Below the pieces are notes generated by a model. The model worked only from the letters and a program-made list of their open reading frames with translations. It did not search any database and was not told the DNA's origin. A DNA stretch of 64,000 bases, taken from the NCBI GenBank assembly GCA_012838635.1, contig DUOW01000011.1, positions 4,882 through 68,881 of the forward strand, in the 5' to 3' direction. Numbering within the stretch: position 1 is the stretch's first letter; every line of letters starts with the position of its first letter. This document shows, one piece after another, positions 1 to 9,999 of the stretch. The translations under genes were made by a program, and so were the position numbers. The stretch is from Acholeplasma sp. GTDB lineage: Bacteria; Bacillota_I; Bacilli_A; ML615J-28; CAG-698.

Positions 1-238
1 CTTCAACGCTCTCACTTAGATTATACTTTTCTCTAATTAACTCAATTGTCTTATTTACAATATTATTTTTAATCTTCGCTTTCTTTACAAAAACTTTAGT
101 TTCTGCAGCTTTTTTAAATTTCATCTCGTCATAAATATCAACTAAAGTAATTAAACTTTCTATATTATGATAACCATCTTCTCTTTTATCATAAACACGA
201 AGAGAAAGATTAATCTTTCCATAAGCTTTTTTCTTCAT
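1..238 (-). CDS. ispE: 4-diphosphocytidyl-2-C-methyl-D-erythritol kinase, 5' part (runs off window start)
   Basis: Manual translation from ATG at 238: MKKKAYGKINLSLRVYDKREDGYHNIESLI, matching the IspE N-terminus (KINL..L.V...R.DGYH); follows rsmA as in Firmicutes. Confidence 0.85.
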   Translation of the reverse strand, partial: MKKKAYGKINLSLRVYDKREDGYHNIESLITLVDIYDEMKFKKAAETKVFVKKAKIKNNIVNKTIELIREKYNLSESVE

Positions 239-1000
239 CTAAAATAGCTCCTTATATAATTTTATTATATCTTCAATACTTAACTTTTCACTTCTTATTT
301 TCAGATCTAAACCTATGCTTGCAAAAACAAGTTCTAACTCGTTTTTGTCTTTCTTATATATCGAACTTAAATTATTAATTAAAGTCTTTCTTTTATTCAA
401 AAATATATTATTTAAAAATAAATAAAAATCATCATTTAACTTATTTTCATATAAATAAGATATCTTCACAAACGAACTAACTACTTTTGGTCTTGGCTTA
501 AAAGCGCTAGGCCCAATATCAAACAAGATTTCCATTTCTCCTTTTAAGTCAAGAAGTAAAGATAAAACATTCTTTTCTTTAGATCTTATTTTTAAAGCAA
601 CTTCTTTTTCCATCATTAAAAATGCATAATCTATTTTTCTTAGTTTTAAAATCTTTTCGATTAACGGGCTAGTTATATAATAAGGAAGATTACTAACCAA
701 GATTACATTAGAGTATTTATCCTTTTCTACTAAGGAATCGATATCTACTTTTAATGCATCTTCGTTTATAATTCTTAAATTAGGAATTTCTTCTTCCAAA
801 TAACGAACTAATCTTTGATCTAGTTCAATTGCAATTACATTTTTAGTTAACGCCATTATCGGTTTAGTAATTGCACCCATCCCAGGCCCAATTTCAATAA
901 CCAAACTATCTTTATTAATAGGAATACTATTAACAATTTTTTTAATAATCGTTTGGTCAACTAAAAAGTTTTGCCCTAAACTTATTTTAGCTTCAATCAT
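239..1000 (-). CDS. rsmA: 16S rRNA (adenine-N6)-dimethyltransferase KsgA
   Basis: LGQNFL, VIEIGPGMG, NLPYYITSP, FKPRPKVVS motifs. Confidence 0.95.
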   Translation of the reverse strand: MIEAKISLGQNFLVDQTIIKKIVNSIPINKDSLVIEIGPGMGAITKPIMALTKNVIAIELDQRLVRYLEEEIPNLRIINEDALKVDIDSLVEKDKYSNVILVSNLPYYITSPLIEKILKLRKIDYAFLMMEKEVALKIRSKEKNVLSLLLDLKGEMEILFDIGPSAFKPRPKVVSSFVKISYLYENKLNDDFYLFLNNIFLNKRKTLINNLSSIYKKDKNELELVFASIGLDLKIRSEKLSIEDIIKLYKELF

Positions 1001-2123
1001 CGATAAACTTTAAAGCCTCTTTCATTCGTTTTAGTTCGTTTGGAATATCTATTTTTTGAGGGCATAAGCTTAAACACGCACCACATTCAATACAAGCATC
1101 ATATAAAGCATCTCTTTTCTTTAAAAGATTAATATTCCATTTAGTGTTAGGAATTGCTTGATACATTGCATAATCATTAAAAATCTCAAAATTTTCAGGA
1201 ATATCAACCCCTGCAGGGCAAGGCATACAATATCTACATTTAGTACAATCTACTTCAAAAATCTCATTTAATTTAGTTTCAACTTGTTTGATTAATTCTT
1301 GTTCTTCCTTATTTAAAGGTTTAGGATTTTTAAAAGTTTTTAAGTTATCTTCTAATTGAGCCATATCGTTCATCCCGCTTAAAATAACTTTTACGCCTTC
1401 TAGCCCAAATAGATATCTAAAGCCAAAACTTGCTGTACTAGCATTGGGATCATAATCAGTTAATAACTTACTTACCTTTGTATTAAAGTTAGCAAGTTTT
1501 CCTCCCTTTAAAGGTTCCATAATAATAACAGGTATTTCTTTTTCTAAAGCATCATAATAACCTTGAAGGCCTTGTTGGAAAGAGGTATCCATATAATTTA
1601 ATTGGATCTGGCAAAAATCCCAATGGTAATAATCTAAGATCTCTTTGAAAGTTTTATAATCATCATGAAAAGAAAAACCAATATATCTTATTTTACCTTC
1701 TTTTTGCCACCTTCTTAAAATATCAATAACTCCCCACTCTTTAACTTTCTTAAAAAGATTTTTATCCATTGAATGAAGCAAATAAAAGTCTACATAATCA
1801 ACACCTAATTGTTCTAATTGTCTTTCAAAAAAACTATAAATTTCTTCCTTTTCTTTAATTCTAAACAAAGAAAGTTTTGTAGCTAAAAAGTAACTTTCAC
1901 GAGGATATCTTTTTAAACTTTGACCTAAAAACTTTTCGTTTCTTCCATCGGTATAAGTTGCAGCAGTATCAAAATAATTAACACCATTTTGATATGCCTT
2001 ATCTATTAAAGCATTTCCTAATTCATAATCAATATCACCATTTGTTTTAGTCTTTAATCTCATAGCGCCAAAACCTAATAAAGAAGGACTAATGTTAAGT
2101 TTTCTCATTTTTCTGTATTCCAT
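993..2123 (-). CDS. Aldo/keto reductase with C-terminal 4Fe-4S dicluster domain
   Basis: LGFGAMRL, NYFDTA, IMEPLKGG; CTKCRYCMPCP and CIECGACLSLCP. Confidence 0.9.
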   Translation of the reverse strand: MEYRKMRKLNISPSLLGFGAMRLKTKTNGDIDYELGNALIDKAYQNGVNYFDTAATYTDGRNEKFLGQSLKRYPRESYFLATKLSLFRIKEKEEIYSFFERQLEQLGVDYVDFYLLHSMDKNLFKKVKEWGVIDILRRWQKEGKIRYIGFSFHDDYKTFKEILDYYHWDFCQIQLNYMDTSFQQGLQGYYDALEKEIPVIIMEPLKGGKLANFNTKVSKLLTDYDPNASTASFGFRYLFGLEGVKVILSGMNDMAQLEDNLKTFKNPKPLNKEEQELIKQVETKLNEIFEVDCTKCRYCMPCPAGVDIPENFEIFNDYAMYQAIPNTKWNINLLKKRDALYDACIECGACLSLCPQKIDIPNELKRMKEALKFIDD

Positions 2124-2170
2124 AATTTGCTCCTTTTCTCTTTTCTAATATTATACCATATAATAAAAAA

Positions 2171-2195
2171 TAGGACCAAATATAATTTGGTCCTA
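2171..2195. terminator. Intrinsic terminator after the nuclease/ABC operon
   Basis: TAGGACCAAA-tataa-TTTGGTCCTA hairpin; plus-strand A-run on the left gives a minus-strand U-tail. Confidence 0.8.
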
Positions 2196-2217
2196 CTCTT
2201 TTATCTTTTATTTATTT

Positions 2218-4932
2218 TTATTTAAATAATGTAACATCATCAACAACAATTGCATATTCAGTGTTGCCATCAGCAGTCGCATTTGGTGTATGATAATAGA
2301 ATCTGTATAATCCTGGATTAAAATTAGATGTGATTTCTACATACTTATCTTTTTCTAATTTTGATAGGAAGTTAGGATTTTCTTCACCAGTTAATGTAAT
2401 ATCAACCCAATTTTCTCCATCTTTAATTTGAATTTTTAAAACTGAGTCAGCTAAGCCCATAATTTTATCATACTTTGATTGGTTCCAAGCTGCAATCTTA
2501 AATTTCACGCCTGTAGCTTCAGTATATGAAGTAAAATCAAATTCAACCCAAGCTTCTTGAGCAGATTTTTTTGTTGCTAAAACTAACATACAACCACTTT
2601 CTTCATGCGGAGCATATGTTGAATTATTTAGTTGTGCTCTTTGTTTTTGAAGCGTCATTGTCTCGCCATCAGCGTTAGTAAATGTAAACGAACTGCTTCC
2701 GTATCCTTCATCCGTTGTAGGAGATGTGCCAAAATCAATTGCTTTTATAACAGTCATTGCGATTGGTGCTTTAGCAACAAGTGTAGCTGTATATGTTTCT
2801 TGTAATTCACCTAAAGTTAATGTAACAGTTAATGCAACTTCAGTATCTGCTTCTGGTGCAGTATAAACACCTTCATTTGAAATAACTTCTGGTTTATCTG
2901 TTTCCCAAGCAAGTGCTACTTCTTTACCTTCAACATCTACTGTTGCAGAGAAAGTTAGATTTGAAACAACTTCTTTGTTATTTGGATAAGCATCTTCTAC
3001 TCTAGCTTTTGCCTCTGCTAGTGCTTGTTCGTCAGTTAATCCTACCCAAACAACTGAATCTGGAACTAATACATATCTCCATTTTTCGCTGTCATGAGGT
3101 CCCATAACTACTACTAGTGCTGATGCAATTTCTCTACCAACTTTACCTTCAAGTTGAGCTAATGCTTCAGCAGTATTATTGTAATAAATATATACTTTAT
3201 TGTCTGTAGTTGTTGTTTCATCGTCTAATGCAGCAATATATGAGTTATTATATGAACCCGCAGTAACATACTTACCAGATACTTTATAAACTTTACCAAT
3301 ATTTGATAAATCTGATGCTTCAATTGCGCAAAGATCTGCAACTGATTTTTCTACAGCTTTAGCAGCATGATCATATCCTGTTCCTTCAGTAACAACAATA
3401 ACTGTAGGTGATGCAAGTTGAGGTAATCCTTTATAAGCATCTTTCTTACCTATTACATCTACAACATCGCCATAGCCAGCAGCAATACCATTTTTATCAT
3501 AAATTAAAATTGCTCCTGTAGCATCTTCTACAACAATACCATCTTTAAGTACACCAATTACTGTTCCTTGAATATAAAGCATATCGTCTTTTGCTGCTGC
3601 ATGTGCTTCAGCAATTGTAGATAATTCATAAACAGGAACTTTAACTGTTAAACTAACTTCTTGACTAACTTCTCTTAAAGTAACTGTAGCAGTTAATACT
3701 ACCGTAGTTTCTTCAGCTGGTTTAGTAAGTTTACCATCAACAGCAATTACTTCTGGATGATCAGAAGCCCAACTAATTGTTAGTGCTTCATCTAAATCTG
3801 AAGTTACTGGTAAAACTAAATCTTTAAGGACTAACATATTTTCAGGGAATTGATTGTTTAAGTTAGTAACTGCTCCAGCAACTTTTTCTTCATCTGTTAA
3901 TTCAGGTGCAGCAACTTCTACTACAGTTCCTGGAATAACTGAAATTCTCCATCCATCTGAGTATGCATATAAAACAGCATCTAATTCTACATACTTATCT
4001 ATTTTAGCATTGAAGTCTTCTATTCCTTGAGGATGTCCACCATAATAAATAGCAAGTTCTTTTCCTGAAAGTTCATCTAATAAGTATGAGTTAGTATAAT
4101 CTCCTTCAGTCTTTTGGATAGCTTTTCCCGTTACTTTTACTAAAGTTCCTGGAAGTTTAATTCCATCGCCCAATGCCTCAATTTCAGCAGCTGTTTTAGC
4201 CACACCTAAATCACCATAATTATAGCCTTCAGCTGGTGCTTCTTCTAATACTGTAATTGTTGCTGAATCGCCACCAATTTGTTGACAATTATTATAAGCT
4301 TTTCTTTCTCCTGAAACTCTAATTCTTGCACCTGGTTTTACTTTATCAGGGTGTTCACTTTTAGCCATATAGACAAAAAATGTTCCTGTATCATCTTTGA
4401 AGTAAGCACAAATAGAATTGCTTTTGTCTGCCCAAGCGTGAATTACAACACCTTCACCTTCAACATCTTGATTTAGTTGAGCATCGAATAATTCTGCTAC
4501 TGTTAAAACGCTTGGAGCTGGAGCAATATAAATTGTGAACTCTCTTATTTTAGAACCTTCTTTACCTTCAATAGTTAAAGTAGCAACTAAAGTAGCTTCA
4601 CCTTGCTCATTGCCTGTAGGGCGTGTAACACGTAACATTGTTTTTCCTTCATTAGTTTTTTCAACTTCTAAATATTCTGCTCCTTTTGAGATAGACCAAG
4701 TTACTTTAACTGTAACGTCGTTTCCATCTGCATCTTTTACAACTACTGTATCTTGTAATTGTTCATCTTGTTTTAAGTTATTAGCATCTCCCAAGAAAAC
4801 AATTCTTCCTTGAGCGTCTTCTAAATAACCCATCGTTGGGTCTTCTTCTGTTGGATTACAAGAACAACCCACAACTACAAATGCAAATAATGCAAATAGT
4901 AGTACCAAACCTAATCTTCTAAGTTTTTTCAA
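2218..4932 (-). CDS. Large surface lipoprotein with repeated OB-fold-like and Ig-like domains
   Basis: Lipobox VVVG-C; YhcR-type OB repeats (GVVI..YFKDDTG..G.RIRVSG; GTVIG..VEDATGAILIY..GDVVDVIG..YKGLPQL); Ig-like repeats (ISWASDHPEVI..G....P.....V.LTATVT); no catalytic motif recognised. Confidence 0.7.
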   Translation of the reverse strand: MKKLRRLGLVLLFALFAFVVVGCSCNPTEEDPTMGYLEDAQGRIVFLGDANNLKQDEQLQDTVVVKDADGNDVTVKVTWSISKGAEYLEVEKTNEGKTMLRVTRPTGNEQGEATLVATLTIEGKEGSKIREFTIYIAPAPSVLTVAELFDAQLNQDVEGEGVVIHAWADKSNSICAYFKDDTGTFFVYMAKSEHPDKVKPGARIRVSGERKAYNNCQQIGGDSATITVLEEAPAEGYNYGDLGVAKTAAEIEALGDGIKLPGTLVKVTGKAIQKTEGDYTNSYLLDELSGKELAIYYGGHPQGIEDFNAKIDKYVELDAVLYAYSDGWRISVIPGTVVEVAAPELTDEEKVAGAVTNLNNQFPENMLVLKDLVLPVTSDLDEALTISWASDHPEVIAVDGKLTKPAEETTVVLTATVTLREVSQEVSLTVKVPVYELSTIAEAHAAAKDDMLYIQGTVIGVLKDGIVVEDATGAILIYDKNGIAAGYGDVVDVIGKKDAYKGLPQLASPTVIVVTEGTGYDHAAKAVEKSVADLCAIEASDLSNIGKVYKVSGKYVTAGSYNNSYIAALDDETTTTDNKVYIYYNNTAEALAQLEGKVGREIASALVVVMGPHDSEKWRYVLVPDSVVWVGLTDEQALAEAKARVEDAYPNNKEVVSNLTFSATVDVEGKEVALAWETDKPEVISNEGVYTAPEADTEVALTVTLTLGELQETYTATLVAKAPIAMTVIKAIDFGTSPTTDEGYGSSSFTFTNADGETMTLQKQRAQLNNSTYAPHEESGCMLVLATKKSAQEAWVEFDFTSYTEATGVKFKIAAWNQSKYDKIMGLADSVLKIQIKDGENWVDITLTGEENPNFLSKLEKDKYVEITSNFNPGLYRFYYHTPNATADGNTEYAIVVDDVTLFK

Positions 4933-4957
4933 AATTGTATACCTCCTAATTTTGTAT

Positions 4958-6436
4958 TTATTCTGAAACTAAAACGAAATCATTAATTCCGTTTGTTTGA
5001 TTTCCTATCATTACTTGATAAGTGTCATGGAATTTTGAAACTCCACCAATACCATTATAAATCTTTCCAACTTGAATGCTGTTGTAGTCTAATTTAGGAT
5101 AAGCTCCGCCATCAATTCTAAAGTTGATTTCTGCATTAGCTTCTGTTTTACAATAAATTGTATAAGCTCCTTCATCATTAGGTGTGCCAACACTTGTAAC
5201 AGTTACATTTCTTACAATAACAACATATCCTTCATAGTCTACTAAAGATGTAAAATCGGCAGGAACTTCTGTATATTCTACTTCAGCTCCATCTTCGTTG
5301 TCTAAAATTCTTACTTGTTTTGGATTAGTCAATTGCATACCATAAATATCATTAAGCACTGCTTGACATTGGAATCTAACAATAGTTCCAACCTTCAAAG
5401 CTCCAAGTCCAGAGCCATAACCACTAAAGATATAGATACCTGCTTTTTTGATTTCATCATCAAAGTCAGTTGCTTCTAAATCTTCTAAATATAGGTTGTC
5501 TCCTACAATTCTCATAATTTGAGCTTCAATTAAAAGATTTGAACCATCATCATATTGATCAAAGTTTTTCCTAATTTCCGCAATCGAAACTTCAATAACT
5601 TCACCAGTGTAATTAAAGCTTGGATCAGGTTCACCAAAAACTCTCCTTCTTGATGTTCCCGCTTTATATGCGGCATCAATAAATGTATCTACATAATTAT
5701 CATTGGCACCAGTTGAACCAGTATAGTTAGAGTACGCATTTTCAACTATTTCAAGATTTAATAATCTAAAGTCTTCATTAGCACTATTACGATACCAAAC
5801 TAAACCTAAATATCTTTTTCCTGTAGCATCAATTTGAGCTGCTTTACCATCAGATGATTCTAAAACAATTTGCTCGGCACCTCTTAAAATCTCCCCTACA
5901 AAACTACTTGCAGCTTTACCCCAAGGATCAATTCTACCCGTAGATTCTGGTGTATTGATATATAAGAATCTTGTTGTGAAAGTAAATCTTTCGCCTTTAT
6001 TACGGAAATGGGCTGTATCGCCATCAACCAACTGGCTTAATTCAACTTCTCCAATACCATCAGCTATAAAACTTTTGCCAGCAAAACTTTTTGTTAGTTT
6101 AAGTTCATCAGTATAACCAGTATCTAAATGCCCATAAATCTCAAAGTTAGCTGCAGCAGTTAATTTACCACTAATAGCTCTAACTGTAACTCTACCAGGA
6201 GCAACTGCCGTAACTAAACCATCCTTAACAGTTGCTACCTTTTCGTTACTTGATTCCCATTTATATTTAGCTTTCTCTGGAACAACAGTTGCTTCTAGTT
6301 GATATGTTTCACCAACCATAAGACTTTCTTTTTCTGTATTTAATTTGATTGTATCTGCTGTTTTACAACCAACTAAAAGAAAGGCTAAAAGTAAGAATAA
6401 TAAACTAAATATTATTCTTCTTGTGCATTTTATCAT
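4958..6436 (-). CDS. Thermonuclease (SNase-family) lipoprotein with N-terminal Big_2-like Ig domain and C-terminal OB folds
   Basis: Lipobox LLVG-C; WESSNEKVATVKDGLVTAVAPG (Ig group 2); VDGDT, TRFLYINTPE and KRYLGLVWY SNase-like motifs. Confidence 0.8.
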   Translation of the reverse strand: MIKCTRRIIFSLLFLLLAFLLVGCKTADTIKLNTEKESLMVGETYQLEATVVPEKAKYKWESSNEKVATVKDGLVTAVAPGRVTVRAISGKLTAAANFEIYGHLDTGYTDELKLTKSFAGKSFIADGIGEVELSQLVDGDTAHFRNKGERFTFTTRFLYINTPESTGRIDPWGKAASSFVGEILRGAEQIVLESSDGKAAQIDATGKRYLGLVWYRNSANEDFRLLNLEIVENAYSNYTGSTGANDNYVDTFIDAAYKAGTSRRRVFGEPDPSFNYTGEVIEVSIAEIRKNFDQYDDGSNLLIEAQIMRIVGDNLYLEDLEATDFDDEIKKAGIYIFSGYGSGLGALKVGTIVRFQCQAVLNDIYGMQLTNPKQVRILDNEDGAEVEYTEVPADFTSLVDYEGYVVIVRNVTVTSVGTPNDEGAYTIYCKTEANAEINFRIDGGAYPKLDYNSIQVGKIYNGIGGVSKFHDTYQVMIGNQTNGINDFVLVSE

Positions 6437-7911
6437 TTTTGATATGCTTTACCTAAAGTAGCATAAGCTGCTTCAAGACGTGTCTTAACGTCATGTTTAT
6501 TAACAACAATTGATACTAAAGCACTACCAACTTCATCTCTTACTTTTGAAGAACCTACAAAGGCAGGGTCTACAAAGAATTGATATCCTTGTTCACGATA
6601 TTGTAAAGCTAAGTTAGCTGCTTTAGAGAATGATCTTTTTTCTAGTGGAGGATTAGTTAAGTATTCTTGATAATCTGCTGTTTCATAAGCTGAAGCTCTA
6701 ACAGGTAGGTATCCACCAGAAGCCATTGCAAATTTGGCTGTGTTTTCAGGTCTTAATAAATATTTAATAAATAACCAAGCAGCTGCTCTTTCTAAGTTTG
6801 TAGATTGAGCTAGCATAGCGATGTTAGTTCCTTGTTGGATAACAAATTTAGCATCTTCAGTAAAGTAAGGAACAGTAGAAATTCCAATTTGGAATTTATT
6901 TCCTTCTGGTTCATTATATTTAATACCAGCTGATGATCCAACTGTAAATAGAACTTGTCCTCTCTTGAAAGCATCTGATGCATAGTTAGAACCAAATGTT
7001 TCTGCTACGGCAAAACGTTTAGCTGTATTTTCATTTTGGAAATATGTTAAGTTAGCTACGTTTTCTGGAGTATCAAATACTAAATATCCTTGTTCGTTAT
7101 TTGCTCTTTCAGTATAAGTGCTCTTTACTTGTCTTGTGAAAGTAATGAATGCGTTAGCTGATGAGTCATAAGCAAAAGTATAGAATGTTCCAGCATTAAT
7201 ATGTTCTGAAATTTCTAACTCTCCAGTTGCAACTTGAATAATGCCATCTAATTTTCCTTGACTTCCTAAAGCTAAAAGCTTTTCAGAAACTGATTTAACT
7301 TCTGCCCAAGTTTTAGGAACAGAAATTGTTGGGTCAAGTTCAATTGCTTTATCTAAAATAGTTTTATTGTAAACTAAAACTTCTGTTGATTTATTAAACG
7401 GTAATGAATAATAATCGTTTGGATTTTCATCATCAAATCCCGCACCTTCAGCTAAATATGAAGGAATAAAATCTGCTAATTCTTCTTCAGTATAACCATT
7501 AGGTCCTTTAATAAAGTTTGATAAATTAATCATCGCACTTGCTGAATAGTATTCTGCAAAGTGATCTGGATAACCTAATGTAATTGTTGGTGCTTGGTTT
7601 GATTGAAGTTGTAAAATGTTTGTTTTTCTTAATTCAGTATATCCACCACTAATAGTATTTAGTGTTACACCAACATGTGGATATTCTGCTTCAAATTCAG
7701 GAACAAGTGGAGTTAATGAATCACTTACGATACCACTAGTTACATTAACTGTAATTTGAACTTTTTCAATAGCTACACCATCTTGCTCTCCTGCCTTAAC
7801 AACTTCTGTTAAGTCTTCAAACTCTTTGTCTATCTTTTTTGTTTGGCAAGAGCAGCCTGTAACCAAAGCTAAACTGAACATTGCTATAAGTACTAATAAA
7901 ATTTTTCTCAT
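6433..7911 (-). CDS. ABC transporter extracellular solute-binding lipoprotein (CUT1/family 1)
   Basis: Lipobox LVTG-C; YSLPFNKSTEVLVYNK, QQGTNI, AAWLFIKYL, GYLPVR. Confidence 0.9.
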   Translation of the reverse strand: MRKILLVLIAMFSLALVTGCSCQTKKIDKEFEDLTEVVKAGEQDGVAIEKVQITVNVTSGIVSDSLTPLVPEFEAEYPHVGVTLNTISGGYTELRKTNILQLQSNQAPTITLGYPDHFAEYYSASAMINLSNFIKGPNGYTEEELADFIPSYLAEGAGFDDENPNDYYSLPFNKSTEVLVYNKTILDKAIELDPTISVPKTWAEVKSVSEKLLALGSQGKLDGIIQVATGELEISEHINAGTFYTFAYDSSANAFITFTRQVKSTYTERANNEQGYLVFDTPENVANLTYFQNENTAKRFAVAETFGSNYASDAFKRGQVLFTVGSSAGIKYNEPEGNKFQIGISTVPYFTEDAKFVIQQGTNIAMLAQSTNLERAAAWLFIKYLLRPENTAKFAMASGGYLPVRASAYETADYQEYLTNPPLEKRSFSKAANLALQYREQGYQFFVDPAFVGSSKVRDEVGSALVSIVVNKHDVKTRLEAAYATLGKAYQK

Positions 7912-7945
7912 AAATTAATTTCCTCTCTTTCTTATGAATAAATTC

Positions 7946-9082
7946 TTAACCTTTTGTTCCACCACGAACAACTCCACGCATAATGTATTTCTTTAAAGTA
8001 AAGAAGACAATTAGTAATGGAAGTGTGACAATTAACGATCCAGCCATTTGTTGGTTAAGTACGTTGCCTGGACCGGTTAATTCAATTGTTGATCTAAATG
8101 CATTCGATAAGCCGTTACTTACTAACCACATCTTGTAGTTTTGGAAGTCCGTAACTAAGTTTGGCCAAATATATGCATTCCATGAGCCCATTAAACTTAA
8201 AATCGTAATTGTAATAATTGTTGGCTTTGCAATTGGAATCATAATTTTAAATAAATATTTAAAATCTCCAACTCCATCTACTTTAGCCGCATAATATAAC
8301 TCATCAGATACTTGCTTGAACGTTTGCCTCAAATAGAAAGTATAAAAGACACTTCCAATAAACGGCAAGATCATCGCCAAGTAGTTACCTATTATTTTTA
8401 CAGTATCATCGTTTAATCTTGCTCCTACCCAACCTAACCTTGAAACTGTACCATAGTTAGTAATAATGAATACTTCCCCAGGAACCATCATTGTTGATAA
8501 TAGGATTGTGAATAAAACGTCGCTTCCTTTAAATCTTAATCTAGAAAAAGCAAATGCTGAGAAAACAACAGATATTACTGTAAATACCGTTGTAAAGAAA
8601 CCAACCAAAATTGTATTTCCAAACATATATAAGAATGGTACTCCTCGCTTTAAAGTTCCGTTTGGATTTAACTCTAATTGGAAAATATTCTTATATGCCT
8701 CAAAAGTAATTTTGTTTGGAATTAAAGAGGGCTTTGTTGCCGCAATCTCTTCTGCTGATTTGAATGATGTAATTACCATCCAATAGAACGGAATCAAAAT
8801 AAATAAAGCAATTAAGATTAAAAAGATATATGTAATTACTTTTAATGTTGTTCTTTTGACTCTAAATGCTCTTAATTGATCTGCTGGAACATACGCTTCT
8901 TTTTCTTTTCTTTGGATTTCTTTTGCTCTTGCAAGTTCGGCTGCATTTGCGCCACTTTCTAAAGCTAATTGTTCAGCCTTTTTCTTTTCTTTGTATTTAC
9001 CTACTAGATAAACTACTAAGTAACCAATTCCAAAAAGTGCAGCTAAACCTAAAAGAATTAATAAAATTTCTTTAAAACCCAT
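7946..9082 (-). CDS. Carbohydrate/nucleoside ABC permease (MalG/UgpE-like) with N-terminal extension
   Basis: PFYWMVITSFK, EAA-like ELYYAAKVDG, SWNAYIWP. Confidence 0.9.
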   Translation of the reverse strand: MGFKEILLILLGLAALFGIGYLVVYLVGKYKEKKKAEQLALESGANAAELARAKEIQRKEKEAYVPADQLRAFRVKRTTLKVITYIFLILIALFILIPFYWMVITSFKSAEEIAATKPSLIPNKITFEAYKNIFQLELNPNGTLKRGVPFLYMFGNTILVGFFTTVFTVISVVFSAFAFSRLRFKGSDVLFTILLSTMMVPGEVFIITNYGTVSRLGWVGARLNDDTVKIIGNYLAMILPFIGSVFYTFYLRQTFKQVSDELYYAAKVDGVGDFKYLFKIMIPIAKPTIITITILSLMGSWNAYIWPNLVTDFQNYKMWLVSNGLSNAFRSTIELTGPGNVLNQQMAGSLIVTLPLLIVFFTLKKYIMRGVVRGGTKG

Positions 9083-9092
9083 TTAGCACCTC

Positions 9093-9998
9093 CTAGTAAT
9101 GTACCCTTGATTTACTTACTCTTCTTTGAATAAGTGTAATCAATAGAATAATTACAAATAAAATTACAGATCCAGCTGATGCAACACCAAATGGTGTTCC
9201 TGCTTCCCATAATTTATTGTAAATGTAACCAACAACTGTAATTAACATGTTGTCAGGTCCAAACGAGTTACTTGCACCAGCACCTTTACCAAATAGGGAA
9301 ATTACGCTAGTGTACACTTTGAATGCTCCGATAAACGAAGTAATTGTTGTATATAAAATCATTGGTGACAATAAAGGAATAGTTATTTTTCTAAAAATTC
9401 TCCATTTAGATGCTCCATCAATAGCGGCAGCTTGATAATATTGTTTATCAATATTTTGTAAGCCTGAAAGTAAAACGATAATCTTGAAGGCAAGTCCGTT
9501 CCAAACTGTATAAACCATTAAAACGAAGAATGCTCTCCAATATGTTGTTTCTGCTCCTAACCAGTCTACTGCACCTAAATTAAATAAAGAATTGAATAAA
9601 CCAAAGTCTTTGTGGAATACTGTGTTGAATACTAATCCTAACGCAATTGTGTTAGTAACGTAAGGTAAGAAAAAGATTGTTTGGAAAAATCCTCTTAATC
9701 TTTCAATAGAATTCAAAGCAACTGCAATTAAAATACTTAAGATAACTGTTATTGGTACTGAAACAACAACCATTAACAATGTATTTTTAAGCGCCCCTAA
9801 AAATCTTGGATCACTAAGAACAGTTACAAAGTTTTGAATTCCAAACCCTTCATCAACTCCACTTAAGAATTTGTAGTTATTCCTAAACGCCATTATAAAG
9901 GTATTAACTATTGGGTAGAAAGTAAACACAGCCATAATAAGTAGCGTAGGACCTAAGGCTATTGCTGCTTTCCAACCATCTTTTTTCCATTCTAACAT
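9093..9998 (-). CDS. Carbohydrate/nucleoside ABC permease (MalF/UgpA-like)
   Basis: FFLPYVT, YYQAAAIDGASKWRIFRKITIPLLSP. Confidence 0.9.
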   Translation of the reverse strand: MLEWKKDGWKAAIALGPTLLIMAVFTFYPIVNTFIMAFRNNYKFLSGVDEGFGIQNFVTVLSDPRFLGALKNTLLMVVVSVPITVILSILIAVALNSIERLRGFFQTIFFLPYVTNTIALGLVFNTVFHKDFGLFNSLFNLGAVDWLGAETTYWRAFFVLMVYTVWNGLAFKIIVLLSGLQNIDKQYYQAAAIDGASKWRIFRKITIPLLSPMILYTTITSFIGAFKVYTSVISLFGKGAGASNSFGPDNMLITVVGYIYNKLWEAGTPFGVASAGSVILFVIILLITLIQRRVSKSRVHY

Positions 9999-9999
9999 C

